55,410 nt of DNA. Source: Alphaproteobacteria bacterium (GTDB lineage Bacteria; Pseudomonadota; Alphaproteobacteria; Rs-D84). Position 1 is the stretch's first letter. Every line of letters begins with the position of its first letter. This document shows, in pieces, positions 19,216 to 28,149 of the stretch. Both the position numbers and the translations under genes were made by a program. The stretch is from the NCBI GenBank assembly GCA_029059055.1, contig JAIDWS010000019.1, forward strand, positions 1-55,410, written 5' to 3'. Under the pieces are notes generated by a model. That model worked only from the letters and a program-made list of their open reading frames with translations. It had not been told where the DNA came from and did no database searches.

Positions 19216-19515
19216 ATGGCAAATAACGAATACCAGACCGCAATTGAACGCATAAACCGCTGGGCCGATGACGCCGTACGCGATGATGACAAAATTTTGG
19301 CCCGTGAATTACAGCGTGCGCGTGAATATCTGGAAAAAAATTACAATAAACTGGCCGATGCGACCACTGTTCAAAACCGCGAAGTCATGTCACATTACAA
19401 CAAATTGGTTGAAATTGCGATGCGCCATTCCGACGAACGGTCCCAGAAAACCAGTCGCGACCACATGAATATTGTGAACGCGATGCTGGAACGCGGCGCC
19501 GCCCATAACAAATAA
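19216..19515 (+). CDS. Hypothetical helical protein
   Basis: 99-aa ORF with GGGGA RBS, in an operon-like arrangement. Confidence 0.7.
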   Translation: MANNEYQTAIERINRWADDAVRDDDKILARELQRAREYLEKNYNKLADATTVQNREVMSHYNKLVEIAMRHSDERSQKTSRDHMNIVNAMLERGAAHNK

Positions 19516-19540
19516 CCCACAAAAACCAAAAGGAAGAAAA

Positions 19541-19870
19541 ATGAAAAAAATGATGTCTGCGCTGGGGGTATGCGGCGCATTATTTCTGGGCGCATGCGAC
19601 AGCAATGCCGGGGCGCAGAATGGCGACACGGTTGTCATTGATTTTGCCGGCTTCTTGGACGGGGTTCAATTTGACGGCGGCACCGCATCCGGTTTCCCGT
19701 TGAAATTGGGCAGCGGTCAATTCGTCCCCGGATTCGAAGAACAATTGTTGGGCGCGCAAAAGGGCGAAGAACGTGATGTCAACATCACATTCCCGACCGA
19801 ATATGTACCGGAATTGGCGGGCAAAGACGTCGTGTTCAAGGTCAAAGTTGTCGACATCGTCAAAGAATAA
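19541..19870 (+). CDS. Lipoprotein consisting of a trigger-factor-type FKBP PPIase domain
   Basis: Lipobox LGAC, then [20 protein letters not shown]...[16 protein letters not shown]...[20 protein letters not shown]. Confidence 0.85.
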   Translation: MKKMMSALGVCGALFLGACDSNAGAQNGDTVVIDFAGFLDGVQFDGGTASGFPLKLGSGQFVPGFEEQLLGAQKGEERDVNITFPTEYVPELAGKDVVFKVKVVDIVKE

Positions 19871-19898
19871 AAATCCCCGCCACCCGGCGGGATTTTTT
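19871..19898. terminator. Bidirectional intrinsic terminator
   Basis: AAATCCCCGCC...GGCGGGATTTTTT. Confidence 0.75.
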
Positions 19899-19938
19899 GT
19901 TTTGAATGCCGATTTGCGTCGCAATGAAAACCGGGCTC

Positions 19939-20295
19939 TTATGGCATCCGATTGGCGGCCAAGGCATCCGTTATCAGGATAACGGCGTTAATATGCCGCG
20001 GGTCCATTTTATCCAGATTGCGCATAATACGCATACGTTTGGCGTCCTGGGTGTAATTGGCATCTGATTCCTGTAAAAATTGGCCCATTGGTATTTCCAA
20101 GTATTTACATATCTGATGCAGACGCGACACCGACATGCGATTACCGGCGCATTCATATTTTTGTATTTGTTGAAATGAACATCCAACGGCGCGTGCCAAG
20201 GCCTTTTGCGACAGTCCCTGGCGCGTGCGGTGCATGGTTAATAATCGACCCAAGCGTTTGTCATAATCGGTTACCAGTGTTGTTTTTCCGGCCAT
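19939..20295 (-). CDS. XRE-family HTH transcriptional regulator
   Basis: LGRLLTMHRTRQGLSQKALARAVGCSFQQIQKYECAGNRMSVSRL. Confidence 0.9.
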   Translation of the reverse strand: MAGKTTLVTDYDKRLGRLLTMHRTRQGLSQKALARAVGCSFQQIQKYECAGNRMSVSRLHQICKYLEIPMGQFLQESDANYTQDAKRMRIMRNLDKMDPRHINAVILITDALAANRMP

Positions 20296-20322
20296 TGCCA
20301 TCCCCCATCATATTATGGTTAT

Positions 20323-20496
20323 AAAAAACCGCCGCATAATATGGGCGGGTTGGAAATAGAAACCATGTTAAAGCGACACGTCTGCCTATTCAATATATTC
20401 AGCAGTTTCCAACCCATGAACGGATTGGCGTTTAACGCCTGCGCAGGCGGCTTTAAGCGAGGTTTCTAATCCCGCATAATAGGTTCCCTATTACAG
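20323..20496 (-). ncRNA. Structured leader/switch RNA, copy 4 (class A), upstream of the XRE regulator
   Basis: -10 TATAAT (20502-07). Stems TAGAAACC/GGTTTCTA and TTAAAGC/GCTTTAA. Switch CCAATCC / GGGTTGGAAA / TTTCCAACCC. Loop GAATATATTGAATA. Terminator CCGCC/GGCGG-T6. Confidence 0.75.
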
Positions 20497-20531
20497 GTTG
20501 TATTATAACCTATAATCAACAAGAACGCTAT

Positions 20532-20752
20532 AAAAAAATGGCCGCCCGTGCATTAAACTGGGTGGCCAAGGGGTGTTCAAAAATCATACTGAATAGATGA
20601 CTCCGTGGGCCTTACGACCAACGGCACCCCCGGCCAGGCACGGGGATATAACGGTGCGATGCACCGCTTATTCCTACTATTTACGATGCGTTATCGCACC
20701 GATTCAGTATGGGCTTTTGACAACCCCGAACCCACATCCCTGTGGATTCATG
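20532..20752 (-). ncRNA. Structured leader/switch RNA, copy 5 (class B)
   Basis: -10 TATGAT. 5' hairpin GAATCCACA-GGGA-TGTGGGTTC. Stems TCAAAA/TTTTGA and CATACTGAAT/ATTCAGTATG. Switch CCCCGTGCC / GGCCGGGGGTG / CACCCCTTGGCC. Terminator GGCCACCC/GGGCGGCC-AT7. Confidence 0.72.
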
Positions 20753-20819
20753 TCATATCATAACATGCGTCGCACGAAATAACAACCGAAATTATTTTCT
20801 GGATTGTTTCTATGGCAAT

Positions 20820-20987
20820 AAAAAAACCACCAAAAAATTCAGGTGGTTGGAGATTAAGTACCATTGAAAGATATGGCGTCGCTTATTCGATATATTCACG
20901 CCCCCCCAACCCATGGGGTGGAGTTTTTCATCCATTACAGATGTCTTTCAGGGGCTATCACACCCCGACGACGGAACACCCGTCGCC
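20820..20987 (-). ncRNA. Structured leader/switch RNA, copy 6 (class A)
   Basis: -10 TATAAT. 5' hairpin GGCGACGG/CCGTCGTC. Inner stem TGAAAGA/TCTTTCA; outer stem degenerate. Switch CTCCACCCC / GGGTTGGGG / CTCCAACC. Loop GAATATATCGAATAA. Terminator ACCACC/GGTGGT plus T run. Confidence 0.7.
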
Positions 20988-21045
20988 AAATTAATTATAC
21001 GATATGGCAGAATAAAAATCCATTATTTTGTTTGGGGAATTTTTT

Positions 21046-21150
21046 GGTTGGGCGATGGTAACCACCAAAGGTGTGGTTCCGTTTATTCTATTATATTGAC
21101 GGACACCCAACCAACCAGAATATTATATGACATTTGGCCCGTTAAATCAA
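21046..21150 (-). ncRNA. Minimal module of the same RNA family, with its own promoter
   Basis: TTGATT-N17-TATAAT (21122-21150), then GGTTGGGTG/CGCCCAACC enclosing TCCGT-CAATATAATAGAATAA-ACGGA. Confidence 0.55.
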
Positions 21151-21203
21151 CAGATGGGCCGAATGGCCCATCTGAAATCTACTGGATTGCTTCTACGGCA
21201 AAT

Positions 21204-21370
21204 AAAAACCACCAAAAAATTCAGGTGGTTGGAGAATGATAGCCATAGAAAGATATGGTGTCGTTTATTCGATATATTCACGACCCTCCAACCCAATGGG
21301 CGGAGTTTTTCATCCATCACGGATGTCTTTGTGGGGTTACCATACCCCGGCAGCAGAACACCTGCTGTCG
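21204..21370 (-). ncRNA. Structured leader/switch RNA, copy 7 (class A), near-duplicate of copy 6
   Basis: TGGCAT-N17-TATAAT. 5' hairpin CAGCAG/CTGCTG. Stem ATGGTAACC/GGCTATCAT. Switch CTCCGCCCA / GGGTTGGAG / CTCCAACC. Same loop and terminator as copy 6. Confidence 0.72.
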
Positions 21371-21453
21371 GGATGATTATATAACATGTAAAAATAAAAT
21401 GCCATTCTTTTTTTGGGGGAAATTCCCGGCACCGTAATGGTGCCGGGGCGCCG

Positions 21454-23226
21454 TCACACCAAATGCGCGTCACGCATCAGTTCTTCGATATACGTGTTTT
21501 CGATTTTCTTTAACCCGCGGCGTTCCAATAACGTCACAAACCACGGTAATTTCATCTGGCGCAGGGTCTTTTTATCCGTCAGATAATACAGACTGCGCAG
21601 CAATACGCGCACGTCAAAGCATGAACCGAATACTTCTGGTACGCCGCGGTCAATGTTCATCAGGGTATAAACCGCTTCCATCGCGGTGCGGACGGAATAT
21701 TCGGTCGTGAACACCGTATCGCGAACGGTTTCCGCGTAATTGCCGATGAATGCCAAATTCACCGACCCGTTTGGCACGACGGCCGGCCGGTCACCCAATG
21801 CGCGCGGCATGAAATACGTCGTGATGAACGGCATATGGCACGGCACGGTGTTGGCGGATGTTGTCGCGATTTCCATAATCTGGGATTCGGGAACGCCGAT
21901 GTGATACAACCATTCCGCGCACAGTTCGGCGCCGGTGCATTCGGTGATTTTCTTCTTTATATAATTACCCGGCCGGTCGGAAAACAGACCGTATACCCAA
22001 ACGATGGTTTGGTTCTTTTTCTGGGCACGGAAATGCGGCTGGCGCGAAATGCTGAACCCGTATAACCAATTGGAATCTTTTATTGTGACGGGGCCACTGC
22101 TGACGATGGAACCGCTGTGCGGGTCTTTTTTGCAAATCTTTTCAATATACGGCGTGACGCTGTCGTCGTTTAATGTGATGGTCGCGCTGATAACCCAATT
22201 GGCCGCCGGTATGTTTTCACAGAACTTTTCCGGATGGCCGAAATCGGGTGATTGCGCCGCCAATTTTTTCCACAATTTCCACGAACCGCCAATGTCCGTC
22301 GGTGTGGGCGCCGGTGTGCTGTTGGTGCCGTATGTACTGCTTTCGGTGATGGACCCGTTGGTCACAAATACCAAATCATTGCGGGTCAGCGATATGGTCT
22401 TTTTCTTGCCGGATGTCACCAATTCGATTTTTTTGGCGACTTTCTGGTCCGGGGTGACGTCAACCACGATGTTGGTTACCTGGGTATCATAATGGAATTG
22501 AACACCGCGCGATTCCAGATATTTCACCAACGGCAAAATCAAAGATTCATACTGATTATATTTGGTGAATTTCAATGATGACATATCGGCCAACGCACCC
22601 ACATGGTGGATAAAGCGCAATATATATCGGCGCATTTCCATGGCACTGGACCATGGTTCGAACGCGAACATCGTCGCCCAATACAGCCAGAAATTGGATT
22701 CAAAGAATTCATCTGTAAAAACCTGGTCGATGCGGACGTCTTGTAATTCTTCTTCGGTCATCAGGGCCAGTTTGATTAATTCCCGGATGGCGGTCGGGGT
22801 CAATGTCAATTTGCCGTCGGATTTCATACGTTTACCGCGTTTTTCGATGACGCGGGCGTGTGAAAAGCTGGGGTCGGATTTGTTCAGCCAATAAAATTCG
22901 TCCAAAACCGACGCGTCGGCCGTTTCCAGGGACGGAATCGACCGGAACAAATCCCACAGGGTTTCAAAGTGGGCCTCCATTTCACGGCCGCCGCGAATGA
23001 TAAATCCGCGCTGTGGGTTCCAGATGCCGTCCATACTGCCGCCGGGAACGGCCAATTCTTCAAAGATATGAATTTTTTTGCCGTCAACGCCCCCGTCGCG
23101 GATTAAAAACACCGCCGCCGCCAGTGATGCCAGACCACTGCCGACCAGGTATGCGGATTTTTTATCCGCATCTTTTGGGCGCATCGGCCGGGCAAAGGCT
23201 TCGTAATTTCCATTGCTGTAATACAT
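21454..23226 (-). CDS. ohyA: Oleate hydratase (myosin-cross-reactive antigen family)
   Basis: [14 protein letters not shown] start, [23 protein letters not shown] motif, [40 protein letters not shown]. Confidence 0.96.
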   Translation of the reverse strand: MYYSNGNYEAFARPMRPKDADKKSAYLVGSGLASLAAAVFLIRDGGVDGKKIHIFEELAVPGGSMDGIWNPQRGFIIRGGREMEAHFETLWDLFRSIPSLETADASVLDEFYWLNKSDPSFSHARVIEKRGKRMKSDGKLTLTPTAIRELIKLALMTEEELQDVRIDQVFTDEFFESNFWLYWATMFAFEPWSSAMEMRRYILRFIHHVGALADMSSLKFTKYNQYESLILPLVKYLESRGVQFHYDTQVTNIVVDVTPDQKVAKKIELVTSGKKKTISLTRNDLVFVTNGSITESSTYGTNSTPAPTPTDIGGSWKLWKKLAAQSPDFGHPEKFCENIPAANWVISATITLNDDSVTPYIEKICKKDPHSGSIVSSGPVTIKDSNWLYGFSISRQPHFRAQKKNQTIVWVYGLFSDRPGNYIKKKITECTGAELCAEWLYHIGVPESQIMEIATTSANTVPCHMPFITTYFMPRALGDRPAVVPNGSVNLAFIGNYAETVRDTVFTTEYSVRTAMEAVYTLMNIDRGVPEVFGSCFDVRVLLRSLYYLTDKKTLRQMKLPWFVTLLERRGLKKIENTYIEELMRDAHLV

Positions 23227-23313
23227 AGATTCTCTCCTTTGGTGGGTTATTCAAACGGACGATAACCCATTCGGAATAATGAATGTACAGGATTGATTTC
23301 CCGCCCTAAGTAT

Positions 23314-23342
23314 TTGACAGATGCCGGGACGGGGGATATAAT
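23314..23342 (+). promoter_or_regulatory. Consensus sigma70 promoter for the small lipoprotein and tRNA-Leu
   Basis: TTGACA-N17-TATAAT. Confidence 0.8.
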
Positions 23343-23349
23343 ACGCCAC

Positions 23350-23466
23350 ATGCAAAAGATGTTTCTGGGATTTTTGATCATTGTGACGCTGGGCGTTGCC
23401 GGGTGCGGCGTGAAATCAGATTTGGCGCGGCCGGACGGATATCCCCGCAATTATCCGGTGTATTAA
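23350..23466 (+). CDS. Small lipoprotein, LptM/YifL-like (38 aa)
   Basis: Manual translation MQKMFLGFLIIVTLGVAGCGVKSDLARPDGYPRNYPVY; lipobox plus CGxKxxL. Confidence 0.7.
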   Translation: MQKMFLGFLIIVTLGVAGCGVKSDLARPDGYPRNYPVY

Positions 23467-23475
23467 TCGGTGTGG

Positions 23476-23560
23476 GCGGGCATGGCGGAACTGGCAGACG
23501 CGCTGGATTTAGGTTCCAGTGGGGTAACCCATAGGAGTTCGATTCTCCTTGCCCGCACCA
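23476..23560 (+). tRNA. tRNA-Leu(TAG)
   Basis: GCGGGCA/TGCCCGC acceptor, CTGGA-TTTAGGT-TCCAG anticodon arm, long variable arm, CCA. Confidence 0.95.
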
Positions 23561-23628
23561 AAAAAAGACTTGATTTTGGCTGTGATATATCCTAGAATCC
23601 GCATCAGAATAATAAAAGGCAGAATAAA

Positions 23629-23808
23629 ATGGCATCTAAAAAAGGCAATAAAGAAGTGGTAAAGCTGGAAAATAAAGAAACCGGCTACTTCTATACCACC
23701 ACAAAAAATACGAAGTCTGAAAATACTCAGGGCAAAATGAAATTCCGTAAATATGACCCGAAATTGCGCAAGCATGTGGTCTTTACAGAAGCGAAAATGC
23801 CGCACTAA
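23629..23808 (+). CDS. rpmG: 50S ribosomal protein L33 (Cys-free form)
   Basis: Manual translation MASKKGNKEVVKLENKETGYFYTTTKN...KFRKYDPKLRKHVVFTEAK. Confidence 0.93.
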   Translation: MASKKGNKEVVKLENKETGYFYTTTKNTKSENTQGKMKFRKYDPKLRKHVVFTEAKMPH

Positions 23809-23902
23809 GACTGTACCATGATATTTCCCGCCCCCATGGGCGGGATTTTTTATACGCAAATTCCATGGTCATAAAAAAATCCCCCGAACGGGGGGATTGC
23901 CT

Positions 23903-24619
23903 TTACGCCAGAACCTGGTTCTGTAAATCGATTAATTTTTTGCATCCGTCCGCGGCCAGCCCCATTAATGTCACAATCTGGTCGGCGGCAAACGGGTGGG
24001 CTTCGCCGGTGGCTTGGACCTCTACAAACTTGCCGTTGCCCGATACGACAAAGTTCGAATCCATTTCCGCGTGGCAATCTTCTTCGAAATCCAGGTCCAG
24101 AATCAAATCACCCTGCCACAGGCCCGCACTGATGGCGGCCACATTATCCAAAATCGGGTTTTCACGAATGCGACCCTGGTCCATTAACCACCGTACCGCC
24201 AATGCCAACGCCACAAATCCGCCCGTGACGGATGCACATCGTGTGCCGCCGTCGGCCTGAATCACGTCGCAATCGATGGTGATGGTGTGACGGCCCAATT
24301 TGTCCATGTCAACAACACTGCGGAATGCGCGGCCAATCAAACGGGAAATTTCCGCACTGCGGTGGTCCCGCATTAATGTTTCGCGGTTTTTGCGTGTTCC
24401 AACCGCGCGCGGCAACATCGAATATTCCGCCGTGACCCATCCGCCGGTCTTGTTCTGGACGCGTTTCCAGACGGGCTGGTTATAATCAATGGATGCGGTA
24501 CACAGAACATGTGTGCCACCCATTTTGATTAAACATGACCCTTCGGCCCATTTGTTGACGTTGATTTCCATTGATACCGGGCGCATCTGGTCGGGTTTGC
24601 GCAAAGACGGACGTAACAT
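23903..24619 (-). CDS. rph: Ribonuclease PH
   Basis: MLRPSLRKPDQMRP, GSCLIKMGGTHVLCTAS, GWVTAEYSMLPRA, CDVIQADGGTRCAS, MDSNFV. Confidence 0.97.
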   Translation of the reverse strand: MLRPSLRKPDQMRPVSMEINVNKWAEGSCLIKMGGTHVLCTASIDYNQPVWKRVQNKTGGWVTAEYSMLPRAVGTRKNRETLMRDHRSAEISRLIGRAFRSVVDMDKLGRHTITIDCDVIQADGGTRCASVTGGFVALALAVRWLMDQGRIRENPILDNVAAISAGLWQGDLILDLDFEEDCHAEMDSNFVVSGNGKFVEVQATGEAHPFAADQIVTLMGLAADGCKKLIDLQNQVLA

Positions 24620-24791
24620 GTATTTTCTATCCCTTGGTTTTCTTAACTGTGCCCCCAGTATAAAAGAAAACCCGGGGATTACAATAAAAACTTTAATCGG
24701 AATACGAACCGTTTGGTGGGGGCATGGGGATTTTTGGGGGTTGCTTTTTATCTTATATATTGTTATGCTGTTCACGCTACAAAGGATTTTT

Positions 24792-25796
24792 ATGTCAGCC
24801 AAGACAAAACGCTTTATCAAGAAGCTGATTAGTTATTCGGGGATATTCTTTTTCATTTTGGCCGCCGGTATGCTGTACTGGCAGCTGCGCGATAAAAGTC
24901 TGCGTGATATCGCCCATGCCATTATGGCCATTCCGTTGACCAATTTGGCGTTGGCCTGTGTGGCGTGTCTGGCGGGGTATTTCGCATTGGCGTTGTATGA
25001 TTATCTGGCACTGAATTACGTCGGTGAAAATAAAAAGGTGTCCTGGTGGAAATGGATGCTGGCGGGGATGTTGGGATTCGCCATCAGCAATAATGCCGGA
25101 CACGCCGTTGTCAGCGGGGGCGCCATTCGATATCGCCTGTATACCCGGTGGCGCGTGCGCAGTGGGGATATCGTCAAAATGTTGACGTTGTCCGGATTTA
25201 CATACTTTTTGGGGGCGGCGGCGATTGTCGTTATCGGATATTTTCTGGTGCCGCATGATATTTTCAACCGGTCGTCCGGTATCAGTATGGGACTGAACTG
25301 GCTGTTTGGCATCTGTCTGGCCGCGATTGTGGCATATTTTGTCATGACGGTCTTTTTCCATAACAAAACCATCAAGATTGCCCAGGTGAAATTCCAGATC
25401 CCGACAACCAAAATGGCTGTCATGCAGATGGGGCTGGGCATCACCGACAGTGTGCTGGCCGGATTGGTGCTGTATTTCTGCCTGATACCGTTTGTCCAGA
25501 TTCCGTTCGGAACATTTATCGGTTTGTTCGTCATTGCCCAGACCACCGGCGTATTCAGCCAGGTTCCCGGCGGCATGGGGGTCTTTGAAACGGTGTTTTT
25601 GGCGGCATTCCCCGACACCGTGGACAAAGCCAATATTTTCGGCGCATTGTTGGCGTACAGAATTATTTATTATGTATTGCCGCTGATTGGGGTGGGTGGA
25701 TTATTCTTTATCTATGAACGGTGGTTGCGGGCGCGGATGCGTCGCTGGATTGACGAAGCCCGTCAAAAACTGCCCAAATTCACAACCAAGAAATAA
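24792..25796 (+). CDS. Lysylphosphatidylglycerol-synthase TM domain / YbhN-like membrane protein
   Basis: Multi-TM; SGGAIRYRLYTRW, SQVPGGMGVFE, ALLAYRIIYYVLPL; no C-terminal synthase domain. Confidence 0.8.
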   Translation: MSAKTKRFIKKLISYSGIFFFILAAGMLYWQLRDKSLRDIAHAIMAIPLTNLALACVACLAGYFALALYDYLALNYVGENKKVSWWKWMLAGMLGFAISNNAGHAVVSGGAIRYRLYTRWRVRSGDIVKMLTLSGFTYFLGAAAIVVIGYFLVPHDIFNRSSGISMGLNWLFGICLAAIVAYFVMTVFFHNKTIKIAQVKFQIPTTKMAVMQMGLGITDSVLAGLVLYFCLIPFVQIPFGTFIGLFVIAQTTGVFSQVPGGMGVFETVFLAAFPDTVDKANIFGALLAYRIIYYVLPLIGVGGLFFIYERWLRARMRRWIDEARQKLPKFTTKK

Positions 25797-26035
25797 TTCA
25801 CGGCCCCGGATAACGGGGTCGTTTAAAATTGCCTTGCCATGAATGGGGGTGGCATGCTATGCTGTATGGCGTAGTATTTTATAGGGTAAATTATACGTGT
25901 TTATATCACAATTGATTTTCATGGTTCGAACGGTGCTGTTGGGTATCTTGGCGCCTTTCCTTGGCATGGGCTGGACCGCCCCACGGGAACGGGTCGTGGC
26001 TGTAAAATACGCATATAAAACCAAAGGATTACTTG

Positions 26036-27835
26036 ATGTCAAAGAAGATTTATGTGGACGCAGTCCACCCGGAAGAAACGCGGGTGGTGGTGGTGGATAC
26101 CGCCACGAACCGGGTTTCTGATTTTGACGTTGAAACAACGACAAAACCACAGATAAAGGGGAACATTTATCTGGCCAAGGTTATTCGCGTCGAACCGTCG
26201 TTACAGGCGGCATTCGTGGATTATGGGTCGGGAAAAAACGGATTCTTGCCGTTTTCGGAAATTCATCCCGATTATTACCAGGTTACCCCGGAACAAAAGA
26301 AAAAATTACTGGAATTGGCGCATGCGAACATCGTTGATGACGACGATGACCCGAATGATGATGATGACGAAGTCGCCGAATACGACGACCACAGCGCCGG
26401 CGAAGACAACAAAGAATTTGTAAAACGCGCCCGCGAATTTAAGATTCAGGACGTTATCAAACCCAAACAGATTTTGCTGGTCCAGGGTGTCAAAGAAGAA
26501 CGTGGCCAAAAGGGCGCGTCCATGACAACATACCTGTCGCTGGCGGGGCGCTTTGCGGTGTTGATGCCCAATTCGCGCAAGCGTAACAGTTACGGCATTT
26601 CCAAGAAAATTTCGGACAAGGCCGAACGTGCCCGTCTGCGTGATATCTTGCACGGGTTGAAAATTCCGCGCGGGATGACGGTCGTTCTGCGTACGGCGGC
26701 GTTTGGTGCGTCGGCGGCCGATGTGGCCAACGATTATGATTATCTGGTGGGGTTGTGGAACGAAATCCGCAAGACCACGCTGGAATCGGTTGCGCCCGTC
26801 ACCATTCACACCGAAGATTCACTGTTGCGTCGTGTTGTGCGCGATTTTCTGTCGGACAAAGAAGATGTTCTGGTTATCCAGGGGGATGAAGCATATGAAG
26901 CGGCCCGTGGTTATTTCCAACAGATGTACGGCCGCGCGCCGCGTAAACAATTGGTGCAATATCGCGACGCCGCCGTCCCATTAATGGTCAAGGCCGGCGT
27001 TGAAAAACAACTGGAAGGCTTGCACGGCCCATATGTTCAGTTGCCGTCGGGCGGGTCTTTGGTTATCAACCAGACCGAAGCCATGGTCACCATCGACGTC
27101 AATTCGTCCCGCGCGATTAAGGAAAAAGATATCGAACAAACGGCCCTGAACACGAATTTAGAAGCGGCCGAAGAAATCGCCCTGCAACTGCGCCTGCGCG
27201 ATTTGGCGGGGATTGTTGCGATTGACTTCATCGACATGGAAGAAGACAAGAACAACCGCAAACTGGAACTGAAAATGCGCGAAGTCATGAAACGTGACCG
27301 CGCCCGTACCCAGGTTGCCAAGATTAACAATTTCGGCGTATTGATGTTGTCGCGCCAACGCCTGCGCAGCAGTTTCATGGAATCTTCGTATGTCCAGTGT
27401 CCGCATTGCTTGGGCGCGGGTGTTGTGCCGTCCATCCAGACCGCGGCGATTATTCTGTTCCGTCATTTGCAAGAAAAACTGTTGGCGAAATCGGCCCAGA
27501 AAATCATCATGACGGTTCCGACAGATGTTGCGATTTATCTGTTGAATCACAAGCGGGCGGAATTGGCCGAAATGGAATCCAAATTCGATACCGAAATCGT
27601 GATTGTCGGCGACGACAGCCTGATGAATATTGACCAGTATTCGATTCAGCGTGTTGCCCCCGAACAGAACAAAACCGAAGATTTGTTGACGGCATATGCC
27701 CCGTCGACGGACGCGAAAAAGAAAAATCAAAAGCATATGGATGCCAAAAAGACAACCATGAATGCCCCGCGTCGCCGGCGTCGCCGCCCCCAGGAAAAAA
27801 AGAAGAAAACCCTGTGGGAAAAAATCGTTGGTTAA
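26036..27835 (+). CDS. rne: Ribonuclease E/G
   Basis: KGNIYLAKVIRVEPSLQAAFVDYG, EERGQKGA, TIDVNS, RLRDLAGIVAIDFIDM, CPHCLG Zn link. Confidence 0.95.
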   Translation: MSKKIYVDAVHPEETRVVVVDTATNRVSDFDVETTTKPQIKGNIYLAKVIRVEPSLQAAFVDYGSGKNGFLPFSEIHPDYYQVTPEQKKKLLELAHANIVDDDDDPNDDDDEVAEYDDHSAGEDNKEFVKRAREFKIQDVIKPKQILLVQGVKEERGQKGASMTTYLSLAGRFAVLMPNSRKRNSYGISKKISDKAERARLRDILHGLKIPRGMTVVLRTAAFGASAADVANDYDYLVGLWNEIRKTTLESVAPVTIHTEDSLLRRVVRDFLSDKEDVLVIQGDEAYEAARGYFQQMYGRAPRKQLVQYRDAAVPLMVKAGVEKQLEGLHGPYVQLPSGGSLVINQTEAMVTIDVNSSRAIKEKDIEQTALNTNLEAAEEIALQLRLRDLAGIVAIDFIDMEEDKNNRKLELKMREVMKRDRARTQVAKINNFGVLMLSRQRLRSSFMESSYVQCPHCLGAGVVPSIQTAAIILFRHLQEKLLAKSAQKIIMTVPTDVAIYLLNHKRAELAEMESKFDTEIVIVGDDSLMNIDQYSIQRVAPEQNKTEDLLTAYAPSTDAKKKNQKHMDAKKTTMNAPRRRRRRPQEKKKKTLWEKIVG

Positions 27836-27837
27836 CC

Positions 27838-27867
27838 AAAAACACCCGCTGTGGCGGGTGTTTTTTT
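27838..27867. terminator. Bidirectional intrinsic terminator
   Basis: AAAAACACCCGC-TGTG-GCGGGTGTTTTTTT. Confidence 0.85.
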
Positions 27868-27895
27868 GTGGAAATCCATCCCAGATTGCGGGGCG

Positions 27896-28123
27896 TCACA
27901 GATTATTCTTGCCGCGCTTGATAATCAGCATTGCGAACGCCCCGTGGTAAAATCGGCGCATGTTGCCTTCGTCAAATAACATCTTGCCGCGTTCGCATTT
28001 GACATAGTCTGCGTATTTCATCTTTAACAACGCGGCCGCGTCGCGGCTGTTTATTTTCAGGTGTTCGCGGGCGCACCGCATAATATTGCCATAGTAATTG
28101 GCGTCGATTAACAGTCTTGGCAT
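27896..28123 (-). CDS. Small XRE-like HTH protein
   Basis: IMRCAREHLKINSRDAAALLKMKYADYVKCERG resembles the XRE helix pattern; AAGGAG RBS. Confidence 0.6.
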   Translation of the reverse strand: MPRLLIDANYYGNIMRCAREHLKINSRDAAALLKMKYADYVKCERGKMLFDEGNMRRFYHGAFAMLIIKRGKNNL

Positions 28124-28149
28124 AGTTTTCTTCTCCTTATGTTTCTTTT

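Noticed and set aside
23903-25796. Long N-terminal extensions of rph (to 24820) and the membrane protein (from 24489)
   Set aside because: They would overlap each other divergently; family-like starts are at 24619 and 24792.
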